35,969 nucleotides of DNA from a virus (lineage: Duplodnaviria; Caudoviricetes). The stretch covers positions 1-35,969 of the IMG/VR virus record IMGVR_UViG_3300042366_000335; one strand, 5' to 3'. The position numbers and the translations under genes are program-made. The notes beneath the pieces are model-generated. The model was given only the letters and a program-made list of their open reading frames with translations. It made no database searches and was not told where the DNA came from. Shown here piece by piece: positions 8,365-17,609 of this stretch (positions are counted from its first letter, which is position 1; every line of letters begins with the position of its first letter).

Positions 8365-9405
8365 GTAGTCCGCCCCTTCCTCGGGCTCCCACCAGACCTT
8401 CACCAAGTCTGGGTGCGACCCTGGCAGTGCAGGGTTGATTGTCGTCACGCAGCAGGGCGACAGCGCGTTGTCGCGGAAGCCCCGGTCTTTCGCGTAGCGG
8501 TCGTAGACCTTGTAGCTGGCGACCTTGACGGCGTGCATAGTTATGCCGTGGATTGCATCTTTAAGCACGCTATACGCCGACTCATGCTTGTGTCCGGCGA
8601 TGTACACGTGGTCGCGGGTACCCATAATCGCGGCCTTCATCGGCCCATGGGCCGGGTTCCAGATGGACGAGCCGCTGTGGTCGTGCCGCGCGTTGACGCG
8701 CACTTCGGCGCCGTTCGGGAACCGCAGCGCGATACGGGCCTCGCTAGCCTTGTAGAGCGCGTTCTGCTGCCGGGCAATCCACTTGAGCGGGTCGCCCGAG
8801 CCTGACCACAGGTCATGGTTGCCGCCGATCATATAGAGCCAGTTGCAGCGGTTGACGAACCACTCAGCAAGCCGCCAAGCCTGCGCCGCTGACGTAGTTT
8901 GGTCGGCATAGAGCCGCGCCAGGCGGCCGCACCAGTTATTCGTCGTGTCGCCGACGTTGGCCGCGAATAGACCTTTAGTCTTGTTGACCAGCGCCGTGTG
9001 GCGCTCAATGGCCTCAATGTCGCAGCCGTCGTCGTCAACGTGCGGATCGCCGAAGTGCAGGATGCCGATAGGGCCGTCGAGCTTGACGCGCACCGGAATC
9101 AGCTTGGAAGCTTCTTCGTGCTCGCGTTTGTGGGTGAACTTGCGCTTGCGCTGCGCAATCAGTTCTTCGATAGAAACGTCGTCATCCGGCAGCGGGGTGA
9201 ACTCAAAGTCCTTGGGCAATTCTTCCGGCGGGTGCCCGCTGTATGTTGATTGCGGGATGTCTATGTTTTGCGCTTTAAGCGCATCCAGCCTAAAGTGCAG
9301 CGTTCGGACGTTGATTTTAAGCGCCCGTGCGGCTACAGCTCGGATGCCGTTGGCTTTGTTTAACGCTTCTAGTATCTGAGCATCCGTAATCTTTTTATCT
9401 GGCAC
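8335..9405 (-). CDS. N-terminal HTH fused to a calcineurin-like metallophosphoesterase
   Basis: Fis-like HTH (GIRAVAARALKINVRTL); metal-binding motifs GDPH, GDTTN, GNHD, RHDH, GHKH. Confidence 0.8.
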   Translation of the reverse strand: MPDKKITDAQILEALNKANGIRAVAARALKINVRTLHFRLDALKAQNIDIPQSTYSGHPPEELPKDFEFTPLPDDDVSIEELIAQRKRKFTHKREHEEASKLIPVRVKLDGPIGILHFGDPHVDDDGCDIEAIERHTALVNKTKGLFAANVGDTTNNWCGRLARLYADQTTSAAQAWRLAEWFVNRCNWLYMIGGNHDLWSGSGDPLKWIARQQNALYKASEARIALRFPNGAEVRVNARHDHSGSSIWNPAHGPMKAAIMGTRDHVYIAGHKHESAYSVLKDAIHGITMHAVKVASYKVYDRYAKDRGFRDNALSPCCVTTINPALPGSHPDLVKVWWEPEEGADYLRYLRSRSK

Positions 9406-9410
9406 AACCC

Positions 9411-9767
9411 CTACTCCATTGTAGTTAACATTTGTTGCAACAGATGTCCTAGCAGATCGACTTTTGACTCGTCGCTTGATAGTTCATCTAGCCCTGCAAC
9501 ATCTAAAAGGGCGTGAATAGCCTCATGCGCCCATACTTGCTGACGATGTGTGCCTTTACAGGTACTTAGCAAGTGAATCTCATATCTATCTGGAAGCCAC
9601 ATTCCAACACAATTCTTGCCATGACGCCACTTGGACGGCGAAATGACCTTTACGCGAATTGTGTGGCCGGCGAGCTGAAAACGCGCCGGGATGCCGTCGT
9701 TGCGGGCTATGGGCTCGGCTGCGCCCACCGTTGCAACGCCCGCAGTTTCGCGTTTTGCGCGTCGCAT
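9411..9767 (-). CDS. small zincin-like metallopeptidase (HExxH, ImmA/IrrE-like)
   Basis: G-x-W...IHL...WAHEAIHALL followed by a downstream Glu (DESKVD). Confidence 0.6.
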   Translation of the reverse strand: MRRAKRETAGVATVGAAEPIARNDGIPARFQLAGHTIRVKVISPSKWRHGKNCVGMWLPDRYEIHLLSTCKGTHRQQVWAHEAIHALLDVAGLDELSSDESKVDLLGHLLQQMLTTME

Positions 9768-10168
9768 TGGGCGGCTAGCTCGCGGAGGTCGGGGCCGATG
9801 TCTGGCCCTTGTTCAAGATTTGCTCCAACCGATCCTGCACCGCTCCCGGCGGCGGGGGCGGGGTCATCAGTTCTGGGGGCGGCGTAGCCGGGACGCATTG
9901 CACCGGGGTCGCGGCACAACCGGACAGGAGCAGAGCGAACAGGGCGGCTAGCAAGAGCAGCCAGTTCGGATGCGTACGCAGTCGAAGCCATTTCAGCGCG
10001 TATGCGATTAGCGCGCTCGGCCCGTAGTTCAGCTTCCAGACGCTCCACTTGAGGGCGAATTTCCTCACGACCTTGCTCCCGAAAAGTGTATACCCCATAG
10101 ATTGCCAGAAGGCCCAAACCTGCTGTCAAGACTAAATGTGGTACGTATTTCAGTAACCAGTAAGGCAC
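9707..10168 (-). CDS. i-spanin (Rz-like)
   Basis: N-terminal TM segment, coiled coil and two Cys; follows the endolysin; contains an embedded lipoprotein frame. Confidence 0.75.
   Translation of the reverse strand: MPYWLLKYVPHLVLTAGLGLLAIYGVYTFREQGREEIRPQVERLEAELRAERANRIRAEMASTAYASELAALASRPVRSAPVRLCRDPGAMRPGYAAPRTDDPAPAAGSGAGSVGANLEQGPDIGPDLRELAAQCDAQNAKLRALQRWAQPSP
9775..9996 (-). CDS. o-spanin (Rz1-like lipoprotein) embedded in the i-spanin; start uncertain
   Basis: Hydrophobic run LLLLAALFALL, lipobox LSGC and a Pro-rich mature region; nearest ATG (10098) would give a 60-aa signal, so the start is tentatively placed at CTG 9996. Confidence 0.65.
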   Translation of the reverse strand: MKWLRLRTHPNWLLLLAALFALLLSGCAATPVQCVPATPPPELMTPPPPPGAVQDRLEQILNKGQTSAPTSAS

Positions 10169-10509
10169 TACTTTACACCATTGTGTTCAAAAGAGTAGTG
10201 GTTGCCGTCATTAAATCGGCCGCCCCACCGAGCAAGCGGGTGCTGCTGCTCCCACCATTCGCCTAGCGGACGGTGATCTTCGCTCTGCTCCAAAAATTCG
10301 CCGTTCTTGAACAGATTAAGGTCGATGGCCAGCCGAATCTTGTGGGCGCTGCTCGGGTGGCTGTAGGACTTGCGGACGCCCATGACGCCATGTACGCGGG
10401 GGTCGCGGAAGGCGTCGCCTAGCGACACCTCGTAGCCAAGCTCGTATGCCTTGTCGATGAGTCTGGCCACCAGGCGTGCGAACAGGCGTTGCTTCTGCCC
10501 TAGCGTCAC
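10168..10509 (-). CDS. endolysin, M15 family peptidase
   Basis: SAHKIRLAIDL (SxH...D) and WGGRFNDGNH Zn-ligand motifs; located in the lysis cassette. Confidence 0.88.
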   Translation of the reverse strand: MTLGQKQRLFARLVARLIDKAYELGYEVSLGDAFRDPRVHGVMGVRKSYSHPSSAHKIRLAIDLNLFKNGEFLEQSEDHRPLGEWWEQQHPLARWGGRFNDGNHYSFEHNGVK

Positions 10510-10733
10510 GGCTTGTCGGCCTTTGCATCCAGCTTGTCGTTTATTCGCATCAACATGGCTTTGATTTCGTCAATGTCGGCGCGGTAGTCAACACGGGTCA
10601 CGTACGTCAACGGCATGTTGCGCACGTCCTTGTCGAGCCGTTCGATGCTGCGGCTGATGTTATTAAGTATCCACCCGCCAAACAGACCGGCAATACCCAC
10701 CACAATGTTAAACAGAATTTGCCCGTCGTTCAC
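10506..10733 (-). CDS. single-TM plus coiled-coil lysis-region protein (holin/antiholin-like)
   Basis: GTG start after GGAG; one TM (ILFNIVVGIAGLFGGWIL), then a coiled coil ending DKLDAKADKP. Confidence 0.6.
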   Translation of the reverse strand: MNDGQILFNIVVGIAGLFGGWILNNISRSIERLDKDVRNMPLTYVTRVDYRADIDEIKAMLMRINDKLDAKADKP

Positions 10734-10734
10734 G

Positions 10735-10929
10735 TCACTTCTCCGAAAGAGCCTGAGTGGTAACAGCGCGTAGCGCCAGGTTAGCAATTGCGCCCGACAG
10801 CATGATCGCTGCCGCCACTTGCGAGCCAAACAACGTCGTCAGATGCGCGCCCATCAGCTCCAAGCCGCCAAGTATGGCTAGCAGCACGTTGAACCACACA
10901 GTTTTTGACTTAAGCGCGCCTTTAAGCAT
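10735..10929 (-). CDS. putative holin (2 TM, 64 aa)
   Basis: KSKTVWFN basic start, two hydrophobic helices, LRAVT end; first gene of the lysis cassette. Confidence 0.65.
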   Translation of the reverse strand: MLKGALKSKTVWFNVLLAILGGLELMGAHLTTLFGSQVAAAIMLSGAIANLALRAVTTQALSEK

Positions 10930-10934
10930 AGGGA

Positions 10935-13436
10935 CTACCTCGCCAGTGCATTGCGGGATTCACCCGCCGGCTCTGCAAACACGTTAGTGACAACGCCCGG
11001 CGCGATTGCCGGAACACCTCGGCCCGGCGTAATTTGTGCCGGCCGAAAAAAATACTCGCCAATAACATCGCGGCGGGTATTTAGCGCGTTGCTGAACGCT
11101 CGCGCTGCGGCGTTGGAGTTAATCAAATCCACGGCTACCTGCGCTGCCGTGCGAACGTCAAGCTCGCCTTTGACGCGGGTCAAGATAAAGTTAGCCAACA
11201 TCGCGGGGCGCGACAGCAACGACGGAATGTCCGCAACTTCTTCCTGCACAATGCCTTTAACGCCCGCACCGGCCCGCTGACCGTCGGCGACCAACTTGTT
11301 GAACTGGCGCTGATCGCGGAACGCGGCGTTAATGTCGTCTACCACGGCCCTTAGCGCGGGGACTTCTGCAACCGCGCCGGTAACACGAGTGGCAGATACG
11401 TCGGGCGTTACGTCAGCAAGGTTAGCTTCGGCTTCCTTGGTGAATGACGCCAAATCGTCTAGCAGCGCACGGCGTCCTTCAAGGCCCATCGCACGCTTAC
11501 CAAACTCCGCCAACTGCGGCCGCACATTCATGCCCGCATTGTCGAAGATGCCAAGCTGCGCGCGGTAACGGTCCATAAACTGCCGGTGCGCCTTGGGGTC
11601 TACGCGACCGCCTTTGACGACGGTTTTGCGATAGTTACCCAAGATACCGTTGCGCATGGCTTCCATCGCGTCGGGGCTATCGCGGAACGCCGCAACGAAT
11701 CGGATGGCGCTGTCTTCGTTGCGCAGCGCCGTGCCGACCACGCTGGTCGGCGGCACGGAAGCCTCGCCACCGCGACCACGCGGCGAAAGCTTGGCCACCC
11801 AGCCCTCACGGAACGGCTGTGCAATCTGCGTTTGATAGACGTTAAGTGCGTTAGCGTACGCATCGCGGGCGTTTTTAGGCACGCCACGGCGGATGGACTC
11901 ATCTACCGAGTCACGCAGGCTCTGCAAGTTGCGCAACGCCATGCGCGAAGCAGGGTCGTTAGCGCCCATCAAGCGGCCAACGTCAATGTTGATTGCCTTA
12001 ATGATGGCGTCCGCGCCTTCAAGCGTAACCTGCGGCGGAACGGGCGGCGGTGCCGGTCGGTCACCTGCTAGTCCGCTCATGGGATCTCTGGTATCCGCCG
12101 GTGCCGAAAACCTGTAGATACGCAAAATTTCGTCAGTGTTAGGCGCCAACCCTGGGTCAAGCCGGGTAGACGGATCGGCTTGGATAGCCCGCGCGCGGCG
12201 CACAACGGGTTCCAAACTAAACTGATTAGGCGCTAGGTCAAACGCCGCCTGATAAGCTGGCGTAACGACCTCACGCTGACGCCGCTCAATTAAGTTCGCA
12301 CGCTCTTGCGCGATTTCACGGCCTACGCGGCGCTGGCTTGTAGTCGGTACAGCACCGGCCAACTCTGTCTCGCGCTCGGCCAACAGACGCTGCTGCACCT
12401 GTTCATCCGCTTTAACGCGAGCCAAGCGGTTAGCCATGTTCTGCTGAATGGCCGCATCGCGCGCGGCGTACATGTCACGTACGGAGGTATTGGCGAACTT
12501 AGCCGTACCAATCAACGCGGCAAGGTTAGAGTTATTTGTTTGCAGCGCGACCTGCTGTGGCGTCATGCCCGACTCTAGCATGTCAATCGCCGCTTGCATC
12601 CGCATCGGATCGTTGTCAAATGCGTCTAAATAGGCGCGGGCGCGGATACGCTCGCCACCACGCGGCAACACGGGTTCAACAATGTTGTATCCCGTACCGC
12701 CCAATTTTTTAGCTGCGACGTTTAAGCCGCCAGGTGCCATCGCGCCAAGGAGAGTAGCGCTTGTCTGAATCAGAGGGCTTTCGGCGCCAAAAACTTGCGA
12801 CGTTTCCAAACCCGCTGCACCGCCAAGCGCCGCTACGGTCTGCTGTCCTGGCGCACGGCCAAGCTCAGTGACGACGCGTTGCGTGGTGCCCGTAGGAACG
12901 CGCTCGGCCAGAGTTGTTGCGGCACGCGCCGTAGCTTGCGCGGGGACGGCAAACTCGGCGCCCGTGCGCAGCACGTCTGTAAACTCTCCTGTGGGTGCGC
13001 CCATGATGCCTTCGGGGTACAAGTCGCGGATTACCTGCGACGGCGTGCGCACGGGGTCAAGCCCCACCACGCCTCGCCCGACGTTGTACATTGACGCAGC
13101 GATGTCGCCAGTAGTAAGGGCCGCAACACCAAACGCCGCGCCGGGCACTGCACCTACGCCAGCAAACGGCGCGCCTAACGCCGCGCCAGCGGCGGCGGCG
13201 GTAGCGTATGGTCCAACTGTAGGGTTAACTACTTCGCGGGCAAAGTCTACAACGCCGCCTGCAACGCGCTCAGGATAGGACAACGGCGCTTGCGATTCTG
13301 TCACCCACTCGCTACCTACCAGATAGGCTTTAGCGCCTTTTGGTCCTGTAGCAGTTTGAGTGTAGGGCTTCCATTCGTCTCCAACCAGTACGACCTTTTC
13401 GCCCGTTTTGGGATTAGTTGCCGTTTGATAAGGCAT
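10935..13436 (-). CDS. large DNA ejection/internal virion protein (gp16-like position)
   Basis: 833 aa, helical, Ala-rich with Gly/Ala hydrophobic segments; third of three genes in the ejection-protein slot. Confidence 0.6.
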   Translation of the reverse strand: MPYQTATNPKTGEKVVLVGDEWKPYTQTATGPKGAKAYLVGSEWVTESQAPLSYPERVAGGVVDFAREVVNPTVGPYATAAAAGAALGAPFAGVGAVPGAAFGVAALTTGDIAASMYNVGRGVVGLDPVRTPSQVIRDLYPEGIMGAPTGEFTDVLRTGAEFAVPAQATARAATTLAERVPTGTTQRVVTELGRAPGQQTVAALGGAAGLETSQVFGAESPLIQTSATLLGAMAPGGLNVAAKKLGGTGYNIVEPVLPRGGERIRARAYLDAFDNDPMRMQAAIDMLESGMTPQQVALQTNNSNLAALIGTAKFANTSVRDMYAARDAAIQQNMANRLARVKADEQVQQRLLAERETELAGAVPTTSQRRVGREIAQERANLIERRQREVVTPAYQAAFDLAPNQFSLEPVVRRARAIQADPSTRLDPGLAPNTDEILRIYRFSAPADTRDPMSGLAGDRPAPPPVPPQVTLEGADAIIKAINIDVGRLMGANDPASRMALRNLQSLRDSVDESIRRGVPKNARDAYANALNVYQTQIAQPFREGWVAKLSPRGRGGEASVPPTSVVGTALRNEDSAIRFVAAFRDSPDAMEAMRNGILGNYRKTVVKGGRVDPKAHRQFMDRYRAQLGIFDNAGMNVRPQLAEFGKRAMGLEGRRALLDDLASFTKEAEANLADVTPDVSATRVTGAVAEVPALRAVVDDINAAFRDQRQFNKLVADGQRAGAGVKGIVQEEVADIPSLLSRPAMLANFILTRVKGELDVRTAAQVAVDLINSNAAARAFSNALNTRRDVIGEYFFRPAQITPGRGVPAIAPGVVTNVFAEPAGESRNALAR

Positions 13437-13438
13437 GG

Positions 13439-14671
13439 TTAACGCCCCGGTCGGTCAGGAACAAAGCCAGCAGGCACCGGTGGCGCAGCCTTACCCGGCG
13501 TCGCGTATTTCTTAAGGGCAGGCCGGTCAAAGATTGATCGTCCGCCTTCGGCATCAAGCCACGCTTCCTCGGCGCCGTCAAACGAGCCCGTCTCACGCCG
13601 CCACCGGGAGTAGAAACGCTGCTGCTCGTTGTCACGGTTAATCTGTTCGCGGGCCACATCCAGCATAAATTGGTTAGCTTTAGGCGTTTTACCCAAGTCA
13701 ATAAAAGTTTGCTCAATACGATCAGCGTCAGACGCGGTTTGCGTACCTTTTTGTTCAATCTGCCGACGCAACACGTTTTCTTTACCGGCGGCCAAAAACA
13801 ATTCGGCGTTAGCGGCTTTAGCTTCGGCTTCGGGTTCGCCAAGCGCCGCGAGGACTCGCGCGCCTTGACGGATGGCATCGGCACCGAAGCCGGTGCGCAA
13901 TCCTTCATTCAGCGCACGCTGGGCTTGGTCAAGGGTTGGCAAGAAGCGGCGGCCCGATTCAGCGCGCTCGCGGATGGTGTTAAATTCCGCCACCAAGCCT
14001 TCGCCAAACTTACCCGCTTCAGCACGTTCTTGAACACTAGTGGTAGTAACCACAGTACGGGGGGCGCCAACCGCGCGCTCGGCCAAATCCTGCGCAAACA
14101 CTTCGGCCGAACGCGGCACGAACAGTTTGGCGCGTTCGGCCGGCGGAATCTGCGACAGGAACTGTCCGCGCAACTGCTGTTGCAATGTTGCAGGATCAGC
14201 CGACAACGTGCGGTCGGCATAGCCGCGGAACTGCGGCGCAAGGCTGCCCTGCGCAATCATAAAGTCTACTTGATCAATTACCTGCGCCTTGGTGGGCGGC
14301 GCGTCGCCATACGCGAAGTCGCCAAGCATTTTCTGAAACCGGCCATAATTTTCGTCGGCCATTTCCGATGTAATCTTATTGGCTTCAAGCCCGGTCTTTG
14401 CTGTCGTAGCGCGCTTGCTCGCAAGGTCCGCCATAGATGCGGCGAGCTCGGCACCAGGCTTGCCAAAGCGCAAAAGCTGGTTCTGCGCTTCGGGCGTGCT
14501 CAGATCGGCGGAAGACAGGTAGTTACGGAACTCCAACTCCCGCTGCGCGGCCGCCAGTTCTTGCTGCTCCTTAAGGCGCTGGGCGCGGACGCCACGACCG
14601 GCCTCAAGCCCCTGCACATACGAGCCGAGGATGTTGACCGGCTCCAGTTGGGTTGCACCGATGACTGCCAT
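13439..14671 (-). CDS. DNA ejection protein (gp20-like position)
   Basis: 410 aa, helical, Gln/Ala-rich; assigned by synteny. Confidence 0.55.
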   Translation of the reverse strand: MAVIGATQLEPVNILGSYVQGLEAGRGVRAQRLKEQQELAAAQRELEFRNYLSSADLSTPEAQNQLLRFGKPGAELAASMADLASKRATTAKTGLEANKITSEMADENYGRFQKMLGDFAYGDAPPTKAQVIDQVDFMIAQGSLAPQFRGYADRTLSADPATLQQQLRGQFLSQIPPAERAKLFVPRSAEVFAQDLAERAVGAPRTVVTTTSVQERAEAGKFGEGLVAEFNTIRERAESGRRFLPTLDQAQRALNEGLRTGFGADAIRQGARVLAALGEPEAEAKAANAELFLAAGKENVLRRQIEQKGTQTASDADRIEQTFIDLGKTPKANQFMLDVAREQINRDNEQQRFYSRWRRETGSFDGAEEAWLDAEGGRSIFDRPALKKYATPGKAAPPVPAGFVPDRPGR

Positions 14672-14673
14672 GA

Positions 14674-15384
14674 TTACGGTCCTCCTGGGCCAGCCGGCGG
14701 CGGGTTAAAGTAGCCACCCTTGTAGAGCCCGTAGCCCATCGCACCTTGGCCAAGGGCTTGGCTCAGCGCATTAGCTTGACCAAGATAGCCCGACGCGCGA
14801 GCCTGACCGCTCTGCATCAGCAAGTTGCCGAGATTGGAGCCCAACTGACCAGCCTGTTGACCAACCTGCTGCGTAGCCGCTTGCCCCGCGCCGTAGAGGC
14901 TGCCGAGGACGCCGAGGCGGTTGCCGAGCAACGCTTGGGCGCGGTTAAAGGCGTTCATGTACTCCTGCGAACCCATCTCCTGACCGTAGCGCGCACCGGC
15001 ACGGATTGCTCCGCCGCCAAGGTACTGACCGCGCGCGGCCTGCATGCGCTCTAGCGCCTTCTCGCCTTCCGCCAGACGGAACGCGTAGCCGGGGTCCGTT
15101 TGCATGTCGGCGGCGCTAAACGGCCGCCCTAGCGAGCCGTACCCGGCCGAAGCGGCGTCGCCGCCAAGACCTAGCAACCGCAGCATTTCGTTCTGCGACG
15201 TAATGCCGGCTTGCCGGAACGGCTCCTGTAGCTCAACCTGCCGCTCAAACGTTTCGCGCTGGACTTGGGCAGCCTGATCGGCGGCCTGCTGCTGCGCTCT
15301 GGCGGCCTTGCTAGCCCCCCGCGACGAGGCGGCGGCACCGATTGCGGCGCTGCCGATAATTGCTGCTGCGGTTCCAATGGCCAT
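14674..15384 (-). CDS. DNA ejection protein (P22 gp7-like)
   Basis: Ala/Gly hydrophobic N-terminus, AAQVQRE..F..Q.ELQEPF..AG and DPGYAFRL..G motifs. Confidence 0.75.
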   Translation of the reverse strand: MAIGTAAAIIGSAAIGAAASSRGASKAARAQQQAADQAAQVQRETFERQVELQEPFRQAGITSQNEMLRLLGLGGDAASAGYGSLGRPFSAADMQTDPGYAFRLAEGEKALERMQAARGQYLGGGAIRAGARYGQEMGSQEYMNAFNRAQALLGNRLGVLGSLYGAGQAATQQVGQQAGQLGSNLGNLLMQSGQARASGYLGQANALSQALGQGAMGYGLYKGGYFNPPPAGPGGP

Positions 15385-15842
15385 TACGCCACCTCTCTTA
15401 TAAACGTACGTTCCATAGGACGAAACCCTTTCCGCGTATACAGATTAGCCATCTTGCCTACGCGGTCATCTTCAAGGGCAATCATAAAAAGTGCTGTTGC
15501 ATTGTTTGCGATTGCCCACGATTCAATCATATCGTACATGGCTTTACCGGCGCCCTTACCCCGTACTTGGGGGGTCAGCCACCACCACAACTCCTGCACT
15601 ACCATACTGGAAGGGCTGAAGTACATAGGGTAAAGCAATGCGCCGGCGATTCCAATAATCTTGCTATCGTCTTCAGCCAACCAGACGCCAACCGACGGAT
15701 CGTGGATGGCGCGTAAGTAAAAGTCTGAATACCCATCCGCGTCAAACGGGATGACGCCGTGCATCGGGGACGCCGCGTGAAACGCCTGCGCAAGCGGCAG
15801 GTAACGCGGCAAGTCCTCGGCGATGGCGCTGCGGACAATCAC
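15384..15842 (-). CDS. GNAT-family acetyltransferase in the tail operon
   Basis: IVRSAIAEDL start, WWLTPQVRGKGAGKAM acetyl-CoA loop and LYTRKGF motif. Confidence 0.85.
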   Translation of the reverse strand: MIVRSAIAEDLPRYLPLAQAFHAASPMHGVIPFDADGYSDFYLRAIHDPSVGVWLAEDDSKIIGIAGALLYPMYFSPSSMVVQELWWWLTPQVRGKGAGKAMYDMIESWAIANNATALFMIALEDDRVGKMANLYTRKGFRPMERTFIREVA

Positions 15843-16174
15843 GAAATCTCCCGACCCGAAGCGCGGATGTTGATGGCCGTGGCCGCTGACGCGATCGTGG
15901 AAATTGACCCGCCAGGAGCAAGCACGTGGCCGACGATTTCGGGGAACGTGTACGTCTCCGAGGGCAGCAGGGTTTTGCTTTTAATGATTAGGTTCTGGTT
16001 GCCGGCGTTATCAAACTGCGTCACAAGGTTGACCGAAATGGTCCGAGCCGACGTGTCGTAGTTAGTCGCCGTAAACTTGTCGATGATGGCCGACACGCCC
16101 GAGGCGCTGTACTGCGTCGTCTGGCTAGACTCCGCAATCTTGGCCGGAATTAAAACTCGTACGTTAACTGCCAT
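15839..16174 (-). CDS. small beta-rich virion protein
   Basis: 111 aa, Thr/Ser/Ile-rich, in the tail operon. Confidence 0.55.
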   Translation of the reverse strand: MAVNVRVLIPAKIAESSQTTQYSASGVSAIIDKFTATNYDTSARTISVNLVTQFDNAGNQNLIIKSKTLLPSETYTFPEIVGHVLAPGGSISTIASAATAINIRASGREIS

Positions 16175-16182
16175 GTGTCACC

Positions 16183-16809
16183 TTAGAACGTAAAGACCAT
16201 ACGAACGCGGCCATTCCCACCGTTTTCGCCTTCGGCAAAACCGCCGTTGCCGCCATATCCGGCTGTCAAACTGTTATCGCCAACTATGCCTGTTGCCCCG
16301 GCGTTAGTGAACAGAGCTCCGCCGTTGCCAGTCGTCCCTGGCACCGTATTACCGCCAGAGGCCGTACCACCCGCGCCTTGGGTATACGACGGCGTGGAAG
16401 TGCCTTGCAGACCACCATTTGCCGTCATGGTCGTAATTGTGTAGGTGCCACTGTAGACGTTTGAGAACGTCCCCGCCGTGGCCGGGCCACCGCTGCCCCC
16501 AGCGCCTCCGGTGCCAACGGTGAAATTGATTGTTTTTAGGGGGTCGCCAACGCCAAGGACAAGCACCGTTTTGGAATACCCGCCGCCACCGCCACCGCCG
16601 CCTTCGTAAATGTCCGGCTCTCCAGGCGCGATGAAATACGTGCCGCCGCTACCGCCGCCGCCGCCCGCGCCCCAAACTTCAATCGTCGCGCCTGTTGCGC
16701 CAGCCGGAATCGTCACCGATCCAGAGCCGGGTTCGCTCGCGTCATAGACGCCCGCGCCAGCGCCACCGGCACTGCCGTTAAAGAACGCTGCGAGGGTCGC
16801 GCCGCCCAT
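16183..16809 (-). CDS. glycine-rich fibre tip/adhesin-like protein
   Basis: IEVWGAGGGGGSG, GGGGGGGGYS and GGNGRVRM glycine-rich domain motifs; TGATG coupling puts the start at 16809. Confidence 0.7.
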   Translation of the reverse strand: MGGATLAAFFNGSAGGAGAGVYDASEPGSGSVTIPAGATGATIEVWGAGGGGGSGGTYFIAPGEPDIYEGGGGGGGGYSKTVLVLGVGDPLKTINFTVGTGGAGGSGGPATAGTFSNVYSGTYTITTMTANGGLQGTSTPSYTQGAGGTASGGNTVPGTTGNGGALFTNAGATGIVGDNSLTAGYGGNGGFAEGENGGNGRVRMVFTF

Positions 16810-17609
16810 CAGGTCAATCCTGCTCCGCTGATAAGCCAAGACGTACCGGCAATCTTAATACAAGTTGCTACGCCATTACGGGCAAGCGTTCGGGTGCCGG
16901 TCGTCGTGCTGTTAGCCAACGTCAACGTGTCTGAGGTAATCGCAATCGAAAGGTTAGTCGCGTTGACATTAATAAAAATTATGACCGTGCCGACCGGGAA
17001 CGGAACTGACGAGTTAGCCGGGATTGTGAGCGTAACGCTGGTGCCGTTCATCAAAATTGACTTACCAGCATCCGATGCAATCAGCGTATAGCCCGTCGTT
17101 TTGCTGTTCTGCGGCGCATCTCGATAGCCTGCCTCATAGTTTGTGTTAGACGGCGCGTTATCGGGAATGAGAACCGTGCCCGTAAACGTCGGGCTGGCAA
17201 TCGGCGCAAACTTGGCGTCCGAGGCCGTTTTGGTGTAGGCGTCCGTGATGCCGTAACCCGACAGCGTGTCGGGCGTACCGGCGATGTCCGCCCACTCAAT
17301 GCCCTGCACGCTGAAGTCGTTAACACCCGACACGTCGTCGTACGTGCCAATCGTGACGTTCGCCGAGGTCTGAAGAACGAACTTGTATGACGCACCCTGC
17401 GTCAGCCAGACCGCATTAGCGGTCCTACCGGCGGCGTTAAGGACGATGGGGTTGGTATTAGGGGCAGCTCCAGAAGACGACGTATAGGTCGCCTGCGGGG
17501 TCGTGGTGCCCGCTGCATACGTGTAGAGCTTGCCGCCCGACAGGATATTGCCGTTGTTGTCGAAAAACTGTGCCCCGACACCGGCAAAAGGAGAAAGAAA
17601 TACGCTCAT
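16809..17609 (-). CDS. tail fibre protein
   Basis: QFFDNNGNILSGGKLYTYAAGTTTP virion-anchor type N-terminus, TLSGYGITDA and SPTFTG fibre motifs, WLISG C-terminus. Confidence 0.75.
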   Translation of the reverse strand: MSVFLSPFAGVGAQFFDNNGNILSGGKLYTYAAGTTTPQATYTSSSGAAPNTNPIVLNAAGRTANAVWLTQGASYKFVLQTSANVTIGTYDDVSGVNDFSVQGIEWADIAGTPDTLSGYGITDAYTKTASDAKFAPIASPTFTGTVLIPDNAPSNTNYEAGYRDAPQNSKTTGYTLIASDAGKSILMNGTSVTLTIPANSSVPFPVGTVIIFINVNATNLSIAITSDTLTLANSTTTGTRTLARNGVATCIKIAGTSWLISGAGLT

